Shown: positions 1 to 9,350, numbered from the stretch's first letter. The stretch: 32,000 bases of DNA from Methanosphaera stadtmanae DSM 3091 (GCF_000012545.1 NC_007681.1:1470001-1502000), one strand, 5' to 3'. Translations and numbers: made by a program. The notes: generated by a model not told the origin, from the sequence alone.

Positions 1-2
1 CT

Positions 3-647
3 AACCTTTCGGTTATAAAAGAAGCAACACGTGAATATGGTCTTGAAAAGATTGGAACTGTTGGAACACCTTGTCAAGTTATGGGATTACGTAAAATGCA
101 AACTTATCCTCTTGGTGTTAGAAATGTTGTTGATAAAATAGCCCTATCCATTGGTATTTATTGTATGGAAAACTTCCCATATGAATCTTTAAAAACTTTC
201 ATCAATGATAAAGTCGGTGTTACACCATCACAAGTTACAAAAATGAACATTACTAAAGGTAAGTTATTTATAACCCATACTGGTGGTGAAGGTAAGATTC
301 CTCTTAAAGAAACGCATGGTTATGAACAGGCGGGATGTAATTATTGTATGGATTATGTTGCTGAGTTGTCTGATTTATCTTGTGGGTCTGTTGGAGCAAA
401 ACCTGGATGGTCTACTATTATTAAACGTACCGATAAAGGAGCTTCTTTAATTGATAAAGCTATTAAAGAAGGTGTTCTTGAAACAACAGAAACTAATGAA
501 GGTAAATTTGGTTTAGAAATGCTTAGAAAATTATCTACTAATAAAAAGAAAAAACACCAAAAACGTATTGATAAACAGATTGATTATGGTCTTAATATGC
601 CATTTACCCATTCAAAAGATAAAAATGATCCTCTTGAAAATAGGTAA
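3..647 (+). CDS. Coenzyme F420 hydrogenase/dehydrogenase beta-subunit family protein (FrhB/FdhB-like), 5' end cut by window edge
   Basis: Frame 3 is open from nt 3 (NLSVIKEATREYGLEKIGTVGTPCQVMGL...), so the track's Met at 81 is internal. The GTPCQ...GIYCMENFPYE...GCNYCMDYVAELSDLSCGSVG pattern is typical of FrhB-family FAD/FeS subunits. TAA at 645-647 is followed by T7 and T9 tracts. Confidence 0.7.
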   Translation, partial: NLSVIKEATREYGLEKIGTVGTPCQVMGLRKMQTYPLGVRNVVDKIALSIGIYCMENFPYESLKTFINDKVGVTPSQVTKMNITKGKLFITHTGGEGKIPLKETHGYEQAGCNYCMDYVAELSDLSCGSVGAKPGWSTIIKRTDKGASLIDKAIKEGVLETTETNEGKFGLEMLRKLSTNKKKKHQKRIDKQIDYGLNMPFTHSKDKNDPLENR

Positions 648-664
648 TCTTTTTACCCTATATA

Positions 665-681
665 TTTTTTTATTTTTTTTT
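665..681 (+). terminator. Oligo-T tracts (T7, T9) downstream of the frhB-like stop
   Basis: tttttttatttttttttt lies 18 nt after the stop codon. Archaeal intrinsic termination uses oligo-T runs. Confidence 0.5.
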
Positions 682-811
682 ACTTATTAATTTACTAATT
701 TTATGTGTGTTATGCCATTATTTTAAGTCTATTTTAAATTATTTTTATGTATATATTATTTAAGAGTATTTTTGTGCTTTATTTCATATTTAATATTATT
801 AAAAACAATGC

Positions 812-1226
812 AAAATTTTTAGGTATACCAAAATATTTATATACTCAGGAAGTATAATATTAAATTGACTAAGAAGTTTAGGTTATCCTAAATTCATATA
901 AGCCATCCTAAACTATTAGTCAATGACAAGTTAAACAAACAATTACAGACTATAAACATTAAATTAAAAGAATTAAAAACTATTACTCCTACACATAATC
1001 AAAACACGTGAATAAAAAAATAGTTTAAATAAATCACCTATTATTAATTAAAAATTCTTTTAAAAAAAAGTCTTAAAAATCCTCACTCCTTATTAAAAAA
1101 CATAATATAACTTGTAAAAAAAAAGAAAATAAAAAAAAATAAAACTCCCTAAGAACTCTAAAGAGAAATAATCTAAAGAGTAAATACAACTATTTTCTTT
1201 TTACATTAATTATCTTTTTTTTAAAA
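812..1226 (+). repeat. Copy A of a two-copy conserved ORF-free intergenic element (partner at 9351-9696)
   Basis: Collinear identical blocks of 10-27 nt shared with 9351-9696 (listed in findings), separated by indels. No conserved ORF on either strand. Confidence 0.85.
817..845 (+). promoter_or_regulatory. Candidate archaeal promoter: GGTATACC palindrome, A-rich BRE and TTTATATA box (copy A)
   Basis: ggtatacc at 822-829, then ccaaaa, then tttatata at 836-843. The same arrangement occurs in copy B. Lies between two converging gene 3' ends. Confidence 0.45.
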
Positions 1227-1229
1227 TGA

Positions 1230-1799
1230 TTATTTATCTTCATTTATTAAAAAACAATATTCTCGTAGTCTATTATCATACTCCTTATAATCAGGAAACC
1301 TTTTCCTTATAATATTAAAAAATTCATCACTATGATCTAGAACTATTAAATGAACCAACTCATGATAAATAACATATTCAATTAAATCATTAGGTAGAAA
1401 TCTAAGATCTTTTGATAAAGTAATATTACCTAAACTACTACAACTTCCCCATTTAGTAGTCATGCTTCTAAATTGTACCCTATTAACCCTCACATTTAAT
1501 AAGTTTTCATATTTTTTAATATAATTCTTTGAGACTTCTTTTAAAATATTTAATGAATTATGTTCAATAGATTTATCCTTAGTTGATTGTCTTAATATAT
1601 TTTGAGACTTATGAAATTCCAGTATTTTATTATAAATCCAATTATCCTTCTTATGAATATAGTACTCAACATCTCCCCTAAAATGCTTAGGTAAAATTAA
1701 CTTAAGAACACCTCTTGATAATTCATAACGAACATATTTAACATCACGATAATCAACAATGTACTCCACTTCTATATCCCTAATTCTAATCTTAAACAT
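1230..1799 (-). CDS. YgjP-like / DUF45 (M48-type) metal-dependent hydrolase
   Basis: 189 aa with WGSCSSLGNITLS followed by an HExxH zinc motif (YHELVHL), the DUF45/YgjP signature arrangement. Confidence 0.7.
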   Translation of the reverse strand: MFKIRIRDIEVEYIVDYRDVKYVRYELSRGVLKLILPKHFRGDVEYYIHKKDNWIYNKILEFHKSQNILRQSTKDKSIEHNSLNILKEVSKNYIKKYENLLNVRVNRVQFRSMTTKWGSCSSLGNITLSKDLRFLPNDLIEYVIYHELVHLIVLDHSDEFFNIIRKRFPDYKEYDNRLREYCFLINEDK

Positions 1800-1965
1800 G
1801 AAAAAAATTCCATTAATAATTCTTTCTAAATATTATTTATCATACAACAATTAATAAATAACTATTTACTTCAAATACAAAACACTAATAATTCATATTG
1901 TTATATATAATAATAGATTATGTTAATTTTAATTAACTCATAGACAAAAATCAAGGAAATAAAAC

Positions 1966-3159
1966 ATGAATATAAAAGAAGTTGATGTATTAATCATAGG
2001 GGCAGGACCAGCAGGATCATTAGCTGCAAGAGAAGCTAGCAAAAATGGTGCAAAAACATTAATCATAGATAAAAAATCAGAAATTGGTACACCAAAAAGA
2101 TGTGCTGAAGGAATTATGAGTGGTGTTCTTGAAAGAGTACATATTACACCAGATGAACGTTGGATTGCAAGGAAAATTGATGGAGCTAGAATAGTTTCAC
2201 CAAATAATACAAGTGCATGGTTTACACCAGAAACATTAGAAACACCTGCTACAGGTATAATATTAGAACGTAAAGTTTTTGATAAACATATGACAATGGA
2301 TGCTATTAGAGAAGGTGCTGAAGTTATGATAAAAACCGAAGCATTATCCATGAAACGTGAGGGCGATGGATACTTAGTTGATATTAAAAGTTTTAACAAA
2401 GAATATAATCAAATTAAAGCACATATTGTTATTGGAGCAGATGGCCCTGAAGGTCATGTTGCTAGATGGGCAGAACTTAATACTAAAGTACCTCTTGCAG
2501 AGATGGAATCTGGCCTACAGTATGAGATGACCAATCTTAAAATGAAAAATAACTCAGTAATTCAATTTTTCTTTGGAAGTGTAGCTCCTGGAGGATATGC
2601 ATGGATTTTTCCTAAGGGATATGATACTGCAAATGTAGGAATTGACATATCTGGAATTAAAGCCGAAAAAAGTGCTGTTAAATATTTAAATGATTTTATA
2701 GCTAATTGTGATGAAACAAAAGATGGTCAGATTGTTGAAATTAATGCTGGAGGAAATCCACTATGTGGTATATTTGATAAAATTATCACAGATAATGTTA
2801 TGCTAGTTGGAGATGCTGCAGGATGTGTTAGTCCAATAACTGGTGGTGGAATTGACACTGCATTAGAAAGTGGTATGATTGCAGGTAGAGTTGCAGCAAA
2901 AGCAATAAAGAATCGTGATTATTCTGAAGAAAAATTACAAGAATATGCTGATTATATAGATAGTCACTTAGGTAAAAAATTTAAGAAATATATTGCAATA
3001 AGAGATGTATTATATAATTCAAGTGATGAAGATTTAGATGAATATATTACTGCATTAGCCAATGCTAATATTACAAAGCTCTCTACCAAATCATTAATCA
3101 AAGTAGTAATGAAAATTTCACCAAGAAAACTATTTAAATTACGTAAAATCTTATTATAA
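1966..3159 (+). CDS. Geranylgeranyl reductase family flavoprotein (digeranylgeranylglycerophospholipid reductase-like)
   Basis: N-terminal FAD fold VLIIGAGPAGSLAAREASKNGAKTLIIDKK, then PKRCAEGI, GADGPEGHVARW and GDAAGCVSPITGGGI, typical of archaeal GGR. AAGGAAA precedes the ATG. Confidence 0.8.
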   Translation: MNIKEVDVLIIGAGPAGSLAAREASKNGAKTLIIDKKSEIGTPKRCAEGIMSGVLERVHITPDERWIARKIDGARIVSPNNTSAWFTPETLETPATGIILERKVFDKHMTMDAIREGAEVMIKTEALSMKREGDGYLVDIKSFNKEYNQIKAHIVIGADGPEGHVARWAELNTKVPLAEMESGLQYEMTNLKMKNNSVIQFFFGSVAPGGYAWIFPKGYDTANVGIDISGIKAEKSAVKYLNDFIANCDETKDGQIVEINAGGNPLCGIFDKIITDNVMLVGDAAGCVSPITGGGIDTALESGMIAGRVAAKAIKNRDYSEEKLQEYADYIDSHLGKKFKKYIAIRDVLYNSSDEDLDEYITALANANITKLSTKSLIKVVMKISPRKLFKLRKILL

Positions 3160-3179
3160 TATGATTTTTACATAACTTC

Positions 3180-3200
3180 TTTTTTATAACCTTTTTTTTT
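3180..3200 (+). terminator. Oligo-T tracts (T6, T9) after the GGR gene
   Basis: cttttttataaccttttttttt lies about 20 nt after the stop codon at 3157-3159. Confidence 0.5.
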
Positions 3201-3645
3201 GAAAATACAATATTTAATAATACTTTAAAGAAAATCAATTAAAAATATTTTCTAAAGAAAATCCTTCTTTTTAAAAAATAAAAACACAACAGAACAAAAA
3301 GTCATTTAAACTCCTTAAAATCTTAGAAAGCCCAAATAAAAAATAATCATATATAATGTATATTTTTTATAATAGATAAATACATATAATTATTATATAA
3401 ATACAAAAATGAATAGAATAACTAGAGATATTTGAAATAAAAAAACATGAATCAAATAACACATAGTTAAACTTAAATCATTTAAATGAATTTTAAATAA
3501 ACTAAAAAGAAATATATGTCATAGGGATAGATTATTCATTATTTTTTTAAGAATAAAATAAAAAAAATATTATATTTCAAAAATAAAACTAAAAATACAT
3601 TAAAATTCATTATAGAGTTACTATTAAAAGGGGAGTAAAACAAAA

Positions 3646-5274
3646 ATGTTGATAAAGGGAAATATTTTAAATGTATTTACAGATGAAATATATCCAGGAG
3701 AAATTAAAATTGAACATGGAATAATTGAATCAATAAAAGAAGTTAATGCCGATTTTAATGATATTATAGTTCCAGGTTTTATTGATGCACATATACATAT
3801 TGAAAGTTCAATGTTAACACCGTCACGATTTGCTGAAATAGCTCTAAGACATGGAACAACATCAGTCATTGCAGATCCACATGAAATTGCAAATGTCATG
3901 GGAATGGATGGTATTGACTATATGATTGATGATGCAAAAAAAACACCATTAAAATATTATTTTACTGCACCATCCTGTGTACCAGCAACAAAATTTGAAA
4001 AATCAGGTGCTACTATAAGTCCAAACATAATAGACAACCTATTATCCAGGCCTGAATTTGTAGCATTAGGTGAAGTGATGGATTATAATGCTGTAATTTC
4101 TAATGAAAAAAGTATCTTGGAAAAAATAAAAATAGCAAAAAAATATCATAAACCAATTGATGGGCATGCACCATTACTAAGTGGAAAGAATCTACAAAAA
4201 TATGTTAAACATGGTGTAATTACAGACCATGAAAGTACCACTAAAAAAGAAGTAGCTGAAAAAAAGAGAATGGGTATGAAGATAATGATCCGAGAAGGAT
4301 CAGAATCTAAAATGCTAGAAAAACTCATTTACTCAAATTGTGATTTTATAGTATCTGATGATCTTAAACCAGAAGATCTTATTAATGGACATTTAGATAA
4401 ATGTCTACGTAAAGCTGTTGACTATGGAATGGATCCATACGAAGCTATAAAACTTGTAACAATAAATCCTGCAGAACATTATAATTTAAATGCTGGAAGT
4501 ATCAGTCCAGGTAAAAGTGCAGATTTAGTATTTATAGATAATTTACGTGATTTCACAGTAAAACGTGTAGTTATAAATGGTAATACCATATTTAAAAAAC
4601 AAAAATTATTATTCCGTGCAAATCCACGTCCTATTGATACAACATTACATGTGTCCTTAACTAAACCAGAAGATTTTGATTTAAAAGCCCAAAATCCTGC
4701 ACATAAAAGTGCTACTGTTAATTTAATTAATGTATCTGATAACACAATCATTACAAAACAATCCAGTGCAAAATTAAGTATTCAGAAAAAAACAATTATT
4801 CCTTCAGTATTTGAAGATATTTTAAAAATAAGTGTTGTAGATAGGTATGGTGGAAATACTATTTCAAATGGTTTTGTTAAAGGATTTGGAATTAAAAATG
4901 GAGCAATAGCATCTAGTGTAAGTCATGATTCACATAATATAATAGTTGTTGGAACTAACAGTGAATACATGTCTCGTGCTACTAATCACTTAATTGAAAA
5001 TAAGGGAGGTCTTGCTGCAATATCCAACCAGGCTAAATTAGATGTTACCCTACCAATTGCAGGACTTATGAGTGATAAACCAGCAAAAGTAGTTGCTAAT
5101 AATTCAGCAAAATTAAATGAATTAGTAAGTAACATGGGATGTGAATTATCTAGCCCATTTACATCATTATCATTTATGGCATTACCTGTTGTACCTGAAG
5201 TTAAAATGACAACAAATGGATTGTTTAATGTTAATACACATCAATTTATTGATATAATAAAAGAAGAAAAATAA
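3646..5274 (+). CDS. ade: Adenine deaminase
   Basis: 542 aa. Amidohydrolase metal motif PGFIDAHIHIESSMLTP, then TSVIADPHEIANV and DGHAP, with the length typical of Ade. GGGGAG RBS upstream. Confidence 0.85.
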   Translation: MLIKGNILNVFTDEIYPGEIKIEHGIIESIKEVNADFNDIIVPGFIDAHIHIESSMLTPSRFAEIALRHGTTSVIADPHEIANVMGMDGIDYMIDDAKKTPLKYYFTAPSCVPATKFEKSGATISPNIIDNLLSRPEFVALGEVMDYNAVISNEKSILEKIKIAKKYHKPIDGHAPLLSGKNLQKYVKHGVITDHESTTKKEVAEKKRMGMKIMIREGSESKMLEKLIYSNCDFIVSDDLKPEDLINGHLDKCLRKAVDYGMDPYEAIKLVTINPAEHYNLNAGSISPGKSADLVFIDNLRDFTVKRVVINGNTIFKKQKLLFRANPRPIDTTLHVSLTKPEDFDLKAQNPAHKSATVNLINVSDNTIITKQSSAKLSIQKKTIIPSVFEDILKISVVDRYGGNTISNGFVKGFGIKNGAIASSVSHDSHNIIVVGTNSEYMSRATNHLIENKGGLAAISNQAKLDVTLPIAGLMSDKPAKVVANNSAKLNELVSNMGCELSSPFTSLSFMALPVVPEVKMTTNGLFNVNTHQFIDIIKEEK

Positions 5275-5275
5275 G

Positions 5276-5869
5276 TTATTCTTCTATAATTTCTTTTTTT
5301 AAAAGTTTTAAAGACTGAATATGCTGATTATTTCCCGATTTTTTAATAAAACTAGATAAATTCTGAAGTTTATTAATATAATCATTTTTTTGAGTAGAAT
5401 TCATGTATGGTATTCTTGTATAATCTACTAATAAATCAATTATCTTATTTGTTGCTCTGTTAATTACTGGTGGTTGATTATTTATTTCATGAATTTCCTC
5501 AATATTTGCAGTAATCTGTGTTAGTGTAACTTTTCCATAGTTATCTTCATGAACATATTCACATATAGAATATACATTAGCTTTAATAACTATATTTGAA
5601 TCTAATAAAAAATACTCTTTATTATAATCACTTGGTGTTAATTTATTTAAAAGTGCCTTGGTGTATACTAGAGGATTTGTTGTAAATTGAATTAGAAATT
5701 CAGGATTAGTTTTTATATTTTTTAGAGTTCTATTCGGATATAAATTTAGAATTACTTTTTTATTATTGAATTTTATTCCAAATGGCTTAAAATTAACTTG
5801 TTTATTAAATGATGTTATTATTACCTCATAAATTGTATTTTCCATTAGATTAATTTCTATATCATCCAT
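5276..5869 (-). CDS. DUF447-family protein (FMN-binding split-barrel-like)
   Basis: 197 aa. The pattern IYEVIITSF...NFKPFGIKF...LNLYPNRTLKNI...NPLVYTKA resembles DUF447 proteins common in methanogens. Family call is from memory only. Confidence 0.45.
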   Translation of the reverse strand: MDDIEINLMENTIYEVIITSFNKQVNFKPFGIKFNNKKVILNLYPNRTLKNIKTNPEFLIQFTTNPLVYTKALLNKLTPSDYNKEYFLLDSNIVIKANVYSICEYVHEDNYGKVTLTQITANIEEIHEINNQPPVINRATNKIIDLLVDYTRIPYMNSTQKNDYINKLQNLSSFIKKSGNNQHIQSLKLLKKEIIEE

Positions 5870-5881
5870 ATTTTAGCCACA

Positions 5882-6049
5882 TTAATATTGGTATTTACGT
5901 TGATCAAGCCATCGAGTTATTATTCCATAAACTAGAAATGCTACAATCATAACAAGAATTAATGGTAATAAAACTTTGAAAAATAAAAATATAAATATAC
6001 TTGCAATGATTATACTAATTACAATAATTATTATATTATCAATTGTCAT
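5882..6049 (-). CDS. Small hydrophobic protein, 55 aa, two predicted TM helices (not in ORF track)
   Basis: Hand translation gives MTIDNIIIIVISIIIASIFIFLFFKVLLPLILVMIVAFLVYGIITRWLDQRKYQY with a TAA stop. It ends 12 nt upstream of the DUF447 ATG on the same strand. A TATA-like ttatatat lies about 26-33 nt upstream of the ATG, so the mRNA may be leaderless. Confidence 0.35.
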   Translation of the reverse strand: MTIDNIIIIVISIIIASIFIFLFFKVLLPLILVMIVAFLVYGIITRWLDQRKYQY

Positions 6050-6147
6050 AATATAATATATAGATAAAAGTAATATATAATAAATTATTAAATCAGTAAT
6101 TTTTTTATTATAAAACTTATTTTAAAAAAAAAATATGGGAATTTATC

Positions 6148-6708
6148 ATGAGCATTGTTATTATTAATAATTTTGGACAGTATAATCATAGAATATCTAG
6201 AACTTTGAAGTATTTGAATATAGAAAATAGTCTTATACCAAATACTACTAGTTTTGAAGAAATAGAGCAAATGAACCCTAAAGGCATTATTTTAGGTGGA
6301 GGTCCATCTATTGAACGTATAGGTAATTGTAAGGAAATTATCTTAAATATGGACATTCCAATTTTGGGAATATGTTTAGGACATCAAATTATAGCTGATG
6401 TCTTTGGTGGAGAAACTAAATCTGCAGAGATTGAAAGTTATGCACAAATAGAACTTAATATTCTTAAGGAAAATGGTCTATTTAAAGGTATTGGTGATTC
6501 TCTTAAAGTATGGGCTTCTCATAAAGATGAAGTTGTTACTTTACCTGAAAATTTTGAAATACTTGCAAACTCAGATAAATGTGATATTGAAGCTATGAAA
6601 CATGAAGATAAAAATATATATGGTATTCAATTCCACCCTGAAGTACAACACACACCACGTGGTGGAGAAATATTTGAAAACTTCAATAAAATATGTGAAA
6701 ATTATTAA
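6148..6708 (+). CDS. guaAA: GMP synthase [glutamine-hydrolyzing] subunit A (class-I glutamine amidotransferase)
   Basis: 186 aa with GICLGHQ (nucleophile Cys) and GIQFHPE (His/Glu), immediately followed by the ATP-pyrophosphatase subunit. This is the archaeal split arrangement. Confidence 0.85.
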   Translation: MSIVIINNFGQYNHRISRTLKYLNIENSLIPNTTSFEEIEQMNPKGIILGGGPSIERIGNCKEIILNMDIPILGICLGHQIIADVFGGETKSAEIESYAQIELNILKENGLFKGIGDSLKVWASHKDEVVTLPENFEILANSDKCDIEAMKHEDKNIYGIQFHPEVQHTPRGGEIFENFNKICENY

Positions 6709-6735
6709 ATTAATTTAAAGGTTGAGTGAAATAAG

Positions 6736-7665
6736 ATGATGATGGACACTACTAAATTTATAGAAGAATCAATAAAAAGTATAAAAGAAGAAGTTAAGGA
6801 TGAAAAAGTCATTATTGCCTTATCTGGTGGAGTAGATAGTTCTGTTGCTTCAATTCTTGCATCAAAAGCTATTGGAAATCAACTCGAAGCAGTATTTGTA
6901 GATCATGGTTTACTTAGAAAGAATGAAGCTAAAGAAGTTGAAGATACATTTAAAGATAGATTAAATTTTAAATTAGTTAATGCCCAAGATGAATTTATAG
7001 AAGCATTAGATGGTGTAACAGATCCTGAAAAGAAACGTGAAATTATTGGTCACAAATTTATTGAAGTATTTGAAAGAGAAGCTAAAAAATCAGGAGCTAA
7101 ATACTTACTTCAAGGAACTATAGCACCAGACTGGATTGAAAGTAAAGGAAATATAAAATCACACCACAATCTTACATTACCTGAAGGTTTAGTATTGAAA
7201 ATTATAGAACCTTTACGTGAATTATACAAAGATGAAGTAAGAGAAGTAGGTACTGCACTTGAATTACCTGATGCTATTGTTCACAGACAACCATTCCCAG
7301 GGCCTGGACTTGCAGTAAGAGTTCTTGGAAACATTACAAAAGAAAAACTAGAAATTTGTAGAGAAGCTAATGCTATTCTTACACAACACGTTGAAAACGA
7401 AGGATTAGATAAAGATTTATGGCAATATTTCGTAGTTTTAACAGATAGTAAAGTAACTGGAGTAAAAGGAGATCAAAGAGACTTTGGATACCTTGTTGTT
7501 ATACGAATGGTTCAATCATTCGATGCTATGACAGCAAATGTACCAGACATTCCATGGCCATTCCTACATAAAGTATCACAGGAAATTACTGCTAATGTTC
7601 CCGAAATAACACACGTATCTCTCTCATTAAGTAATAAACCACCTAGTACAATAGAATTTGAATAA
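6736..7665 (+). CDS. guaAB: GMP synthase subunit B (ATP pyrophosphatase)
   Basis: PP-loop [10 protein letters not shown], then [27 protein letters not shown] and [12 protein letters not shown]-terminal dimerisation region ends ...PPSTIEFE. Three consecutive ATGs at the start. Confidence 0.9.
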   Translation: MMMDTTKFIEESIKSIKEEVKDEKVIIALSGGVDSSVASILASKAIGNQLEAVFVDHGLLRKNEAKEVEDTFKDRLNFKLVNAQDEFIEALDGVTDPEKKREIIGHKFIEVFEREAKKSGAKYLLQGTIAPDWIESKGNIKSHHNLTLPEGLVLKIIEPLRELYKDEVREVGTALELPDAIVHRQPFPGPGLAVRVLGNITKEKLEICREANAILTQHVENEGLDKDLWQYFVVLTDSKVTGVKGDQRDFGYLVVIRMVQSFDAMTANVPDIPWPFLHKVSQEITANVPEITHVSLSLSNKPPSTIEFE

Positions 7666-7771
7666 TTCTATAACCTCCTTTTAATTTTTATTAGTCTAAT
7701 TAATTTTTAATTATAATACAAAAAATATTTAATTACTTTTTTTAAAAAAAATAAAAAAAATAATATAGGAA

Positions 7772-9085
7772 ATGAAATTTATGAATTGTTTAACATCAAA
7801 ATTAATAGTTTATAGAAATATTGATAAAGAAAGTATTTTATTTAAGTTATCTGAAATATTTAAGGATTTTAAAACAAATGATTATGAAGATGAGGAAATT
7901 ATTAATAGAATTTATACTCAAATTAACAGATTACTTTCTCTTGCAACTAGTTATGGTTTTGATAAGAACCTATGGCATAATTATTTAGCTTTTATCTTAG
8001 CTACTGTTGAAAATCCCTTCACCCTTGTTTCTGAGAAGGTTGGTGTTAATGAAGGTAGTGTTAATGAATTTACAAAAAATGATTATTTAATAATAAAACA
8101 ATTATTTGACTATGACTTTTCAGAAATAGAAGAAAAATTAGGTATTAACTGTTTTAGTATAATAACTAATTATCATGCCATAATTAAAAAAGAACAATTA
8201 TTTAACAAAGATGTGAGTATTAAAGTTCAAGAACTTAGTAATCTTATTGAAGAAGCTTCTAATGAAATGGAAATATATGATATTGTCACTGATTTCTATA
8301 AACGTTATGGTGTTGGTAAATTTGGATTAAATAGGGCATTCAGATTATCTCATGATGAAAATTCTGATTTTATTATTCCTATTACCTCACTTGATGATGT
8401 TACTCTTGATAATCTTGTAGGTTATGAAATGCAGAAGAAAAAATTAATTAGAAATACTGAAGCTTTTGTTAATGGAAAAAAAGCAAACAATGTTTTATTG
8501 TATGGTGATGCTGGTACTGGTAAATCTACAAGTATTAAAGCAATACTTAATCAATACTATGATAAAGGTCTTAGAATGATTGAATTATATAAACATGAGG
8601 CCAAATATTTATCTAAGGTTATTAGTCAAATAAAAAATAGAAATTATAGATTTATTATTTACATGGATGATCTTTCATTTGAAGAATCTGAGAGTGAATA
8701 TAAGTATCTTAAAGCTTTAATTGAAGGTGGTCTTGAGACTAATCCTGATAATGTATTGATATATGCCACATCTAATAGACGTCATCTTATTAAAGAAACA
8801 TGGAATGAAAGAACTAATACCTCATCTGGTGAAGAGATGTATAGATCTGATACTATTCGTGAAAAATTATCATTAGTTGATAGGTTTGGTATGTCTATTG
8901 GTTATTATAAACCTACAATGAAAGAATACTTTAATATTGTAATTACTCTTGCTAAAGATTATCCTGAAATTAAATTATCAGAAAAAGAATTAGAACAAGA
9001 AGCTAATAAATGGATTATGACCCATGGCGGTCCTTCTGGACGTACAGCCCAACAATTAATTTATTATTTACTGGGAGATAATTAA
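7772..9085 (+). CDS. DUF815-type AAA+ ATP-binding protein
   Basis: 437 aa with Walker [20 protein letters not shown], Walker B-like [10 protein letters not shown] and ATSNRRHL, characteristic of the DUF815 ATPase family. Confidence 0.7.
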   Translation: MKFMNCLTSKLIVYRNIDKESILFKLSEIFKDFKTNDYEDEEIINRIYTQINRLLSLATSYGFDKNLWHNYLAFILATVENPFTLVSEKVGVNEGSVNEFTKNDYLIIKQLFDYDFSEIEEKLGINCFSIITNYHAIIKKEQLFNKDVSIKVQELSNLIEEASNEMEIYDIVTDFYKRYGVGKFGLNRAFRLSHDENSDFIIPITSLDDVTLDNLVGYEMQKKKLIRNTEAFVNGKKANNVLLYGDAGTGKSTSIKAILNQYYDKGLRMIELYKHEAKYLSKVISQIKNRNYRFIIYMDDLSFEESESEYKYLKALIEGGLETNPDNVLIYATSNRRHLIKETWNERTNTSSGEEMYRSDTIREKLSLVDRFGMSIGYYKPTMKEYFNIVITLAKDYPEIKLSEKELEQEANKWIMTHGGPSGRTAQQLIYYLLGDN

Positions 9086-9350
9086 TTAAGAAAGAATAGA
9101 TTTTAATAAAATAAAACAATAGTAAGATTAATATTTTAATCTTTTACTCTTAATTCTTCTTTTTTTATGTGTATTTTTTGATTGATATTATTCTTTTTTA
9201 CTAATTACTATCAAAGATTTGTTTTTTAGTAGTATTTTGTGTAATTGTATTTATCATTATACTATTTTCTACCAGGTTATATAATTTACCACCACTACTA
9301 TTATATTATATGTAAATCAAGGAAAACTTAAGTGATTCATTAATATTGTA

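Noticed and set aside
28-39. A 12-nt match, aacacgtgaata, shared between 28-39 (inside the frhB-like gene) and 1003-1014 (inside repeat copy A), containing a CACGTG palindrome.
   Set aside because: A single 12-mer match is expected by chance in 32 kb of biased composition, and it is absent from copy B.
812-1226. Repeat element as a MITE or IS remnant.
   Set aside because: No terminal inverted repeats (the two ends are not complementary), no flanking direct target duplications, and no transposase remnant. Both copies share one orientation with promoter and terminator signals, which fits a small transcription unit better.
3226-3340. Possible degenerate third copy of the element's 3' module. 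Evidence: ttctttttaaaaaa ... aaactccttaaaa; an 11-nt direct repeat taaagaaaatc at 3226-3236 and 3253-3263; a 7-bp hairpin at 3229-3235 / 3247-3253.
   Set aside because: Similarity to 1054-1165 is short and interrupted, in low-complexity A/T sequence. It lacks the palindrome/TATA/hairpin module. Not distinguishable from chance by eye.
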